Origin: an uncultured bacterium
Lineage (GTDB): Bacteria; CAZSTA01
DNA: 34,447 bases
NCBI GenBank assembly: GCA_964609495.1
Contig: CAZSTA010000015.1
Location: 1 to 34,447, forward strand
Direction: 5' to 3'
Position numbers and translations under genes: made by a program. Positions 27,341 to 34,447 of this stretch are shown piece by piece. Numbering within the stretch: position 1 is the stretch's first letter; each line of letters begins with the position of its first letter. The notes below the pieces were generated by a model that was not told where the DNA came from, searched no databases, and saw only the letters and a program-made list of their open reading frames with translations.

Positions 27341-28159
27341 ATGAATTCACGAGAGCGCTTAAAGATGGCTTTGGAGTTTAAGGAGCCAGATCGAGTTCCT
27401 ATCACTGATAGTCCTTGGGAATCTGCGATCAGCAGGTGGCATAAGGAGGGATTACCGGAGGATCAGACCCCAGAGGATTTCTTTGGCTATGAGATGGCAG
27501 GTTTCTCAGCTGATACCTCTCCCCAATTGCCGATGGAGATAATATCCGAGGATGAGGAATATGTAACCTATAGGGATTCCTACGGAGGGATTCGCAGGGA
27601 TCACAAGGATAAATCTACAACTCCGGAGCTCATAGATTATCCAGCCAAAACTAGAGATGATTGGCTTCGCTTGAAGGAGAGGCTTGTTCCTAGCAAGGAT
27701 CGAATCCCAAAGGATGCTCTGGAGAAGTGCCGTCAGGAGAGGGAGAAGGGGAAGTTCATCACCTATAACGCCCCAGTCGGTTACGATAAGATCCAGAGCT
27801 ACGTTCGTAGCGACCAACTGTTGATGTTGATCGTAACCGATCCTGATTGGGTGATCGATATGTATCAAGCTGATGCACAGTTAGCGATAGATATGTATGA
27901 GATGATGGTTGAGGAGGGTTTCGAATTCGATGGAGCTTTTCTCTTATGCGATCTAGGATATCGCAATGCGACCCTCTTCTCCCCCAAGCACTATCGAGAG
28001 CAACNNNNNNNNNNNNNNNNNNNNNNNNNNNNNNNNNNNNNNNNNNNNNNNNNNNNNNNNNNNNNNNNNNNNNNNNNNNNNNNNNNNNNNNNNNNNNNNN
28101 NNNNTTTTGAGAATTACAAGAAGGTTATAGAGCTGGTTAGAAAGTATGGGGAATATTAG
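27341..28159 (+). CDS. Uroporphyrinogen decarboxylase (URO-D/MtaA-CmuA) family protein, interrupted by an assembly gap
   Basis: MNSRERLKMAL..KEPDRVP, CDLGY...LFSP..YRE and C-terminal FENYKKV; AGGAGGAGG RBS before ATG 27341. Confidence 0.85.
   Translation: MNSRERLKMALEFKEPDRVPITDSPWESAISRWHKEGLPEDQTPEDFFGYEMAGFSADTSPQLPMEIISEDEEYVTYRDSYGGIRRDHKDKSTTPELIDYPAKTRDDWLRLKERLVPSKDRIPKDALEKCRQEREKGKFITYNAPVGYDKIQSYVRSDQLLMLIVTDPDWVIDMYQADAQLAIDMYEMMVEEGFEFDGAFLLCDLGYRNATLFSPKHYREQXXXXXXXXXXXXXXXXXXXXXXXXXXXXXXXXXXFENYKKVIELVRKYGEY
28005..28104. other. Assembly gap (100 N, true size unknown)
   Basis: Exactly 100 N; the family normally has more sequence here than 33 codons. Confidence 0.98.
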
Positions 28160-28160
28160 G

Positions 28161-29036
28161 ATGAGGATGGTGTTAATCCTTTCAAGTATAATAGTTCTGC
28201 TAGGTATCGCCTTTAGCGGAACGAGTTGGGGAGAGGGTCGCAACTCCTCTCTCCCCTTGATGATCTATGCTCCTGCCTCTGTAAAACAAGGTGAGGTTAT
28301 GATCGTTACCCTTAGATCGGCTAGATCACTGAGGAAGGTGGGAGGGGATTTTCTAGGACGTAGTTTGAGGTTCTACCCCTATGAAGACGAATTCAGAAGC
28401 ATCGTTGGAATAGATATTTATGATAGGATAGGAGAGCATAATCTCGTTGTAGAGGTCAAAGATGTCGATGGATGGAGATTCAAAATCATCAAGAAGATCA
28501 AGGTGATTAAGAGTAGTTACGGGCATATAACAATCAATTTTAGTCAGTCTAAAAAGCTGTTGCTTTCTCATATAGGTAGAGCGAAAGAGAGAAAGCTGAT
28601 AGATGATACTGTAAATAGCTCTGTGCCAGTCAAGCTTTGGAGAGGTGCTTTTATAATTCCAGCTCGAGGACGAGAGACATTGGGATTTGGAGTTTATATC
28701 AAAACTGGACCAAACGGCTGGACTCATAAGGGAATTGACATTGGTAACGTGGTTGGTACTCCCATCAAGGCTGATAACGATGGTCTGGTGGTATTAAGTG
28801 AGAAATTAGCTGTTCGGGGAAAGGTCGTAATTATCGATCATGGACAGGGAGTTTTGAGCCTTTACTTCCACCTCAGCGAGCTTAAAGTCAAGAAAGGTCA
28901 AGCGGTTAAGAAAGATGAGATAATCGGTCTTATGGGAAGCACAGGCTTAGCTACAGGCCCTCATCTTCACTGGGAAATAAGAGCTGGTGGGATAAGCGTG
29001 GATCCAAAGGATGTGATCGAAAAGCTCAAATATTGA
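28161..29036 (+). CDS. M23 family metallopeptidase (secreted)
   Basis: Signal peptide from ATG 28161; HKGIDI (HxxxD), IDHGQG, YFHLS, GSTGLATGPHLHWE. Confidence 0.93.
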   Translation: MRMVLILSSIIVLLGIAFSGTSWGEGRNSSLPLMIYAPASVKQGEVMIVTLRSARSLRKVGGDFLGRSLRFYPYEDEFRSIVGIDIYDRIGEHNLVVEVKDVDGWRFKIIKKIKVIKSSYGHITINFSQSKKLLLSHIGRAKERKLIDDTVNSSVPVKLWRGAFIIPARGRETLGFGVYIKTGPNGWTHKGIDIGNVVGTPIKADNDGLVVLSEKLAVRGKVVIIDHGQGVLSLYFHLSELKVKKGQAVKKDEIIGLMGSTGLATGPHLHWEIRAGGISVDPKDVIEKLKY

Positions 29037-29161
29037 TAACACTTTTATTGATTTAGTACATATTTATAATATTAATATATTTTAAGTAGTTTTCAAAATT
29101 TTTGTCCGAGATGTTCGAGATCAGATTAGATCTTGAACTCACTAACAAGGAGAAGGAAGAT

Positions 29162-29908
29162 ATGTATAAAAAGATGACTATATTGCTAAGTTTGATTGTA
29201 TTAATTTTACTCTTTTTCAACGCTTGCGAGAAAGGTCCCACTCCTACTATTACCTTTTCTGTTTCACCAGATCCCTTGGTGATTGATGTAGGGCAACCGG
29301 GAAAGGATAACGAGATAACGGTCACAGTGGATGTTACCCTATCTGGCTTTGGAGCAGGGAAGATCACTGATGCTCGCTATCGCTTCTATGGGATTACTGG
29401 GGTTCTTCTCTACGAGTATTCAGACCCCATAAAGCCACCGATCAGTATCGTCGGTCCGGGAGTCCCGATCAGTAGGTCTAAGGATTTTTCCTATACTCTA
29501 ACCGATACCGAAGTTATACCGTTCGATGGAGGCAGAGCAGAGGCTGCTTTTTTCTGGTCAGATGGAGGGATGGTCGCCTCTGATAGCATTGCCATAGATG
29601 TAATAAATATAGATAAGGCAACCATTGATGTTACCGATCTGCTAAAAAGGGTAGGAGTAGTAGCTATCTTGCCTCCGATAACCTCATCCCGAGCCTCTTT
29701 TGTCCCCGATAAGATGGAGATCAACAAGGGAGCTTCTATAACTTGGGTCAACCTAGATTTAGAGACTCATCGGGTTGTAGGCGATAAGTTCGATTCAGGA
29801 GATATGAGCTTGGGGGATATTTTTCAATATCGCTTCACAGTAAAAGGGACTTTCCCTTATAGCGATAAATATGACTCCGAGATTAAAGGTGAGATCACCG
29901 TTAAATAG
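29162..29908 (+). CDS. Lipoprotein with a C-terminal cupredoxin-like domain
   Basis: Signal peptide with lipobox FFNAC; C-terminal FVP...I.KG..ITWVN.D...H.V...FDSG.M..G..F...F...GTFPY...KG.ITV. Confidence 0.7.
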   Translation: MYKKMTILLSLIVLILLFFNACEKGPTPTITFSVSPDPLVIDVGQPGKDNEITVTVDVTLSGFGAGKITDARYRFYGITGVLLYEYSDPIKPPISIVGPGVPISRSKDFSYTLTDTEVIPFDGGRAEAAFFWSDGGMVASDSIAIDVINIDKATIDVTDLLKRVGVVAILPPITSSRASFVPDKMEINKGASITWVNLDLETHRVVGDKFDSGDMSLGDIFQYRFTVKGTFPYSDKYDSEIKGEITVK

Positions 29909-29971
29909 CGTTGGATTGGAAGATGGGGATGTCTATTTTCCATTTTCCATATAATTAGGGGATGATTTCTT

Positions 29972-31210
29972 ATGGTGCAGGTACGTTTAGAGAACGTCAC
30001 TAAGATATTCCTTCCGGGGGAGAGAGTAAGACCCGGGCTTCCTCTTCCTTTCAGACGAGGGAAGTTAACTCAGAAAGTATTCGATGATGATGTGCAAGAT
30101 GAATTGGGCGACGGGAGAGAAGAGGAGTTTATAGTTAAGGATAAAATCGTAGCTTTGGACAAAGTCGATCTGTTGATCAAGGATGGAGAGACGATGTCCA
30201 TAGTTGGCCCTTCAGGGTGTGGCAAATCCACTCTCCTGAGGGTGATCGCTGGCTTGGAGAATGTTAATGAGGGGAAGATATATTTCGATAATGATGAGGT
30301 AACCGATCTGAATCCCAAGGATAGAGGGATAGGTATGGTATTTCAGAACTACGCCCTATATCCTCATATGAAGAGTCGTGGTAATCTCGCTTTCTTCTTC
30401 AGACTTCGACGTCGTCCTGAGGATGAGATCGACGAGAAGGTTAAGGAGACCTCAAAGATTATGGGGATAGGATTCGATATGCTCCTGGGGAGGATGCCAA
30501 AGACCCTAGCGGGAGGAGAGAAACAGCGAGTCGCTTTAGGAAGATGTATTGTCCGAGATCCTAAGATATTCCTCTTAGATGAACCTATATCTAACTTGGA
30601 TGCCAAGCTGAGGGCGAAGACTCGCGTGGAGATAAAGCGTCTTTTGAGGAAATTCAAGATTACCACCGCGTATGTAACCCACGATCAGGTGGAGGCTATG
30701 GCTTTAGCGAGTCGGATGGCGGTGATGCGCCATGGCAAGATCGTTCAGGTTGGGAGTTATAATGAGATATATGAGAAGCCTAAGAATACTTTCATCGCTG
30801 GATTCATTGGTCTTCCTCCGATGAATCTATTCGTGGTTACAACGGATGAGAAAAGAAGCACCGCAAACGGAGAGGGCTTCACTTTCCCAATTCCTTCTTA
30901 TGCATCTTCCCTTCTGAGCCCTCAATCCGAGTTAGTGATAGGGATAAGGCCAGAGAAGCTTAGATTGAGAACTCTTGAGGATAAGAACTATATCTCAGGG
31001 GAGATATCGCAGATCGAACCCCTTCCCTCCGAAAGGGTATCTATGATCTATGTAGAGAAGGGGAAGCTGACTTATATAGCTAAGATCGATACTCAGGAGA
31101 GCCGAGATTTGAGGAGAAGAGAGAAGATAGAATTAGCTTATGAACAGGGAGATCTATACTTCTTCAATAAGGATACCGGTGATAACTTGCTACTTGATTC
31201 AGGAGGATGA
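29972..31210 (+). CDS. ABC transporter ATP-binding protein (MalK/MsiK-like)
   Basis: GPSGCGKST, VFQNYALYPHM, LAGGEKQRVALGR, LLDEPISNLD, YVTHDQ, TOBE-like C-terminus. Confidence 0.93.
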   Translation: MVQVRLENVTKIFLPGERVRPGLPLPFRRGKLTQKVFDDDVQDELGDGREEEFIVKDKIVALDKVDLLIKDGETMSIVGPSGCGKSTLLRVIAGLENVNEGKIYFDNDEVTDLNPKDRGIGMVFQNYALYPHMKSRGNLAFFFRLRRRPEDEIDEKVKETSKIMGIGFDMLLGRMPKTLAGGEKQRVALGRCIVRDPKIFLLDEPISNLDAKLRAKTRVEIKRLLRKFKITTAYVTHDQVEAMALASRMAVMRHGKIVQVGSYNEIYEKPKNTFIAGFIGLPPMNLFVVTTDEKRSTANGEGFTFPIPSYASSLLSPQSELVIGIRPEKLRLRTLEDKNYISGEISQIEPLPSERVSMIYVEKGKLTYIAKIDTQESRDLRRREKIELAYEQGDLYFFNKDTGDNLLLDSGG

Positions 31211-31212
31211 TA

Positions 31213-32232
31213 ATGAAACGTCTGTTGATAACTGGTGGAGCAGGATTTATCGGGAGCAATTTCACCCACTATATTCTCGATAAATATCCTGATTATGAGG
31301 TGATAGTCTATGATAAGCTCACCTATGCGGGGAATCTCGATAACCTCCGAGATTTGGAGGATAATCCTCGTTACTCCTTCATCAAAGGGGATATCTGCGA
31401 TGTTGAGTTAGTCGATAAAGTTATGGATGAATACAAAATCGATATCATCGTCAACTTTGCCGCTGAGACCCATGTAGATCGAAGCATCTTAGAGCCCGGA
31501 AGCTTCATCCAGACGGATGTCTATGGCACTTACGTTCTCTTAGAGGCCGCTGGGAGATATTCTATAGAACGCTTCCATCAGGTATCGACTGATGAGGTAT
31601 ATGGCAACGTAGAGGTGGGATCATCGAAGGAGTCCGATCCCTTAGAGCCAAGGAGCCCCTATTCTGCCAGTAAAGCAGGGGGAGAGCTATTAGTCAAGTC
31701 CTATTGGACGACCTTTGGGACTCCGGTAACTATTACTCGTGGTTCGAATAATATTGGACCCTATCAGTATCCAGAGAAGATAATTCCTCTTTTCATCACT
31801 AATGCTTTGGAGGATAAACCGCTCCCCATCTATGGCGATGGGAAGGCGGTTAGGGATTATATCTATGTAATGGATCACTGCGAGGCGATAGACCTCGTTA
31901 TACATAGAGGAGGGATAGGAGAGGTATATAACATCGGAGGAGGAAACGAAATAAGCATCTTACAGGCGACCGATCTGATCCTCAAGGGACTGAACAAGCC
32001 CCAGAGCTTGATGAAGTTCGTTGCTGATCGCTCCGGACATGATCGTCGCTACTCGCTCGATTGCTCTAAGTTGAAGAGGCTTGGTTGGAGGTTAAATCAC
32101 TCCTTTGAGGAGGCCTTGGATAGGACCATTCGCTGGTATATTGATAACAAGTGGTGGTGGCGGAAGATTAGAGAGAGGGAAGAATACAAGGAGTATTACG
32201 ATAGGCAGTATGGAGAGAGACTTAAAGGTTGA
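31213..32232 (+). CDS. rfbB: dTDP-glucose 4,6-dehydratase
   Basis: TGGAGFIGSNF, DKLTYAGN, FAAETHVDRSI, VSTDEVYG, PYSASK, GHDRRY; AGGAGG RBS before ATG 31213. Confidence 0.96.
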   Translation: MKRLLITGGAGFIGSNFTHYILDKYPDYEVIVYDKLTYAGNLDNLRDLEDNPRYSFIKGDICDVELVDKVMDEYKIDIIVNFAAETHVDRSILEPGSFIQTDVYGTYVLLEAAGRYSIERFHQVSTDEVYGNVEVGSSKESDPLEPRSPYSASKAGGELLVKSYWTTFGTPVTITRGSNNIGPYQYPEKIIPLFITNALEDKPLPIYGDGKAVRDYIYVMDHCEAIDLVIHRGGIGEVYNIGGGNEISILQATDLILKGLNKPQSLMKFVADRSGHDRRYSLDCSKLKRLGWRLNHSFEEALDRTIRWYIDNKWWWRKIREREEYKEYYDRQYGERLKG

Positions 32233-32259
32233 TAAAGTATATAAAGAGGAGAATAGTAG

Positions 32260-33447
32260 ATGAATCGACAAGAAGCAGTAGAATTGATCCAAGAGTTGAT
32301 GACCTCTGGTAGTGGAGATGAATTTGTCAAAGCAGTTCAGGATAATATAACTAGCCTAGATCAGACTTTCTTCGACGTTCTATCAGATATAATCGAGAGT
32401 GCGAAAGCTGATGGAAGAGATGATATAGTCCAATATTTATCTGAGCTAAAGGATCTTCTCACTTCTATAATGAACGAGTTATTTGGACAAATAGGAACTG
32501 GTAATAAGCTCGTCAACCTATTTCTATCTCTAACTAAACAAGTTGATGAAGGAAAAATCTCCTTAGAAGAAGCGATTTCAATTGTGAGAAGTGAAGAGAT
32601 AATAACCAAACTAGACGATGAAATTGTAGATGTACTTGATGATATAGGAGGGAAAATAAAGTATCAATCTACTCCCTTTGCCTATATTCTAGCCATCCTT
32701 AATTATGAAGTGGCAAAAACAGTAGATAATCCAAAATCGATTATCTATTGTGCTAATACTTTAGGAATTATCAGTAATATGCTAGAAGCGTTCAGAGAGA
32801 GCATCAAATTCTTCACCGAAGTTCTTAAACTTTCTCAAGAGAGCGGTGAGAGACAAAGTGAAGGCGCTGCTCTAGGAAATTTGGGAGGTGCCTACAGTGC
32901 TCTAGGAGAATATGGGAAAGCGATAGAATGTTGCGAGAAAGCTTTAGCTATCGCTACTGAGATTGGGAATAGAGGAGAAGAAGGAATTAATCTAGGGAAT
33001 TTGGGAAATGTCTATCGTGAGTTGGAAGAATATAGGAAAGCGATAGAGTATTACAAGAGAGCCGTAGCAATCGCTACTGAGATTGGGGATAGAGAAGGAG
33101 AGGGAAGACATCTAGGGAATTTGGGAAATGTCTATAGTGATTTAGGAAAAGATGGGTGGGCGATAGAGTATTATGAGAAAGCTTTAGCTATCGCCGCCGA
33201 GACTGGGAATAGGAGAAATGAAGCTACTTGGTTAGGTAATTTGGGTGTAGTCTATAGTGATTTAGGAGAATATCGGAAGGCGATAGAGTATTACGAGAGA
33301 GGGTTAGCTATCACTAGAGAGATTGGAGACCTAACGAACGAATTGGAATGGTTAAAAGGATTGGGAGATATCTACGAAGCTATGGGAGAACATAAGAAGG
33401 CGGAGGAATACTACCAGCAGGCTTCAAAGATCGCTTCAGAAGATTAG
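32260..33447 (+). CDS. Tetratricopeptide repeat protein
   Basis: Helical N-terminus followed by 40-aa repeats LGNLGxVYxxLGEYxKAIEYYExALAI. Confidence 0.9.
   Translation: MNRQEAVELIQELMTSGSGDEFVKAVQDNITSLDQTFFDVLSDIIESAKADGRDDIVQYLSELKDLLTSIMNELFGQIGTGNKLVNLFLSLTKQVDEGKISLEEAISIVRSEEIITKLDDEIVDVLDDIGGKIKYQSTPFAYILAILNYEVAKTVDNPKSIIYCANTLGIISNMLEAFRESIKFFTEVLKLSQESGERQSEGAALGNLGGAYSALGEYGKAIECCEKALAIATEIGNRGEEGINLGNLGNVYRELEEYRKAIEYYKRAVAIATEIGDREGEGRHLGNLGNVYSDLGKDGWAIEYYEKALAIAAETGNRRNEATWLGNLGVVYSDLGEYRKAIEYYERGLAITREIGDLTNELEWLKGLGDIYEAMGEHKKAEEYYQQASKIASED
32872..33430 (+). repeat. Coding tandem repeat with 120-bp period (TPR units)
   Basis: Units begin at 32872, 32992, 33112, 33232 and 33352 ((C/T)TAGGNAATTTGGG; the last is degenerate). 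Confidence 0.85.
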
Positions 33448-33555
33448 GATGGATGTAAGGGAATAAAGAGAAATTATATCTTGAACTCACCAGCGAAAAA
33501 CTAGGAATAATAAGTTGTCTATTTGAAATTACTTAAAGGAGAGGAGATACATTTA

Positions 33556-34356
33556 ATGGCTATCAAGATCGCGTATCAAACCTTAACTTGGGCTAGATAC
33601 CCCAAGGATTTTACCGTGAAGAATATAACAGAAGAGGTAAAGGAAGCAGGCTATAACGGGATCGAATATATGGAGAGCGTTGAGCAGTTAGGCGATCCCA
33701 AAGAATTGAAGAAGATGCTCGATGGAATGGGTATGACCTTGGCTTCTCTTTCCTGTGGAGTCAGCGGAAAGAGAGGCGACGAGGAGAGTATGAAGATCGC
33801 TACGGCGAGGGTGGATTATGCCGGCGAGTTTGGAGTTAAGGCTCTTATGGTTGGAGGAGGTGGGAGGGATCCGAGTAGGGAAACGACGGAGGATGATTAT
33901 AAAGCTTTAGCTGAGAACTTGGAGGAGTTAGCTCAATATGCGACCCAATACGATATAGCAGTAGCTTATCATCCTCATATTGGCTGTATTGTGGAGACTA
34001 ATGAGGAGGTAGATCGCTTATTTCAATATACTGAGCTAACCGGGTTATGTCCTGATATAGCCCATTTAGCGGCGAAAGGCTCTGATCCCATAAAGCTTAT
34101 CGAGAAGTATCCCGATAAGATAGCTTATATACACTTGAAGGATTGGAATAGCGAGAGATGCACTGATAAAAATTTCTGGATGTGCTTTGTAGAGTTGGGA
34201 GAAGGCAATATTGGACTTGATATCCCTGGGGTCTTATCTGCTTTGGAAAAGATCGGATATGATGGTTGGGCAGGAATAGAGTTGGATAATACCACCAGAA
34301 CTCCTTTGGAGAGCGCTAAGATAAGCCGAGAGTATCTGAGGGGAATAGGGTATTAA
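33556..34356 (+). CDS. Sugar phosphate isomerase/epimerase (IolE-like TIM barrel)
   Basis: AGYNGIE, YHPHIG, PDIAHL, YIHLKD, ELGEG, GYDGW..IELD; GAGGAG RBS before ATG 33556. Confidence 0.88.
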   Translation: MAIKIAYQTLTWARYPKDFTVKNITEEVKEAGYNGIEYMESVEQLGDPKELKKMLDGMGMTLASLSCGVSGKRGDEESMKIATARVDYAGEFGVKALMVGGGGRDPSRETTEDDYKALAENLEELAQYATQYDIAVAYHPHIGCIVETNEEVDRLFQYTELTGLCPDIAHLAAKGSDPIKLIEKYPDKIAYIHLKDWNSERCTDKNFWMCFVELGEGNIGLDIPGVLSALEKIGYDGWAGIELDNTTRTPLESAKISREYLRGIGY

Positions 34357-34392
34357 GTAGTTCAAAAAAGTTTCAGGGAGAATTGTTTAGAC

Positions 34393-34447
34393 CACCCTTC
34401 CCTAACCCCTCCCATCTTGGTTATTGCTGAATTAATAAGGCTATCAA
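34393..34447 (+). repeat. Multicopy repeat end (half REP A plus CTTGGTTATTGCTGAATTAATAAGGCTATCAA), cut by the window end
   Basis: Nearly identical to 12878-12932. Confidence 0.88.

Noticed and set aside
27953-28243. In-frame continuity of ORFs across the N run
   Set aside because: The gap is a 100-N placeholder; frame and length across it are not informative.

Overview
Bacterial chromosomal window, probably from an assembled (meta)genome: it has a 100-N gap at 28005-28104 and ends inside a multicopy repeat. Canonical sigmaA/sigma70 promoters and a T-box riboswitch suggest a Terrabacteria-type anaerobe, but the taxon cannot be fixed. Content in order: a partial QueG-like gene; an AT-rich type II restriction-modification pair (BsoBI/AvaI-type m4C MTase plus XcyI-like REase); a DUF4384 lipoprotein; pheS-pheT under a Phe (UUC) T-box; a two-gene accessory module (small ParB/Srx-fold protein plus a ~1480-aa kinase-pseudokinase-NTPase-TPR-SHOCT-like protein, followed by a SHOCT-like mini-ORF); the housekeeping run tyrS-yebC-ruvC-ruvA-ruvB-DUF2905-spoIID/lytB-queA-tgt-yajC-queT; then plus-strand metabolic/envelope genes (Fe-S aldo/keto reductase, VOC protein, MFS, URO-D family, M23 peptidase, cupredoxin-like lipoprotein, orphan MalK-like ATPase, rfbB, TPR protein, IolE-like TIM barrel). 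Intergenic DNA holds nested non-autonomous repeats: REP-like doublets, a ~54-bp hairpin family and two MITE-like elements next to promoters. Most notable: the tandem kinase/pseudokinase STAND-like module, a TyrRS with no S4 domain, a PheRS alpha subunit with changes at normally conserved active-site positions, a promoter-adjacent nested MITE, and a 33-bp promoter shared by two unrelated loci. All family assignments are from motif recognition by eye; no searches were run.
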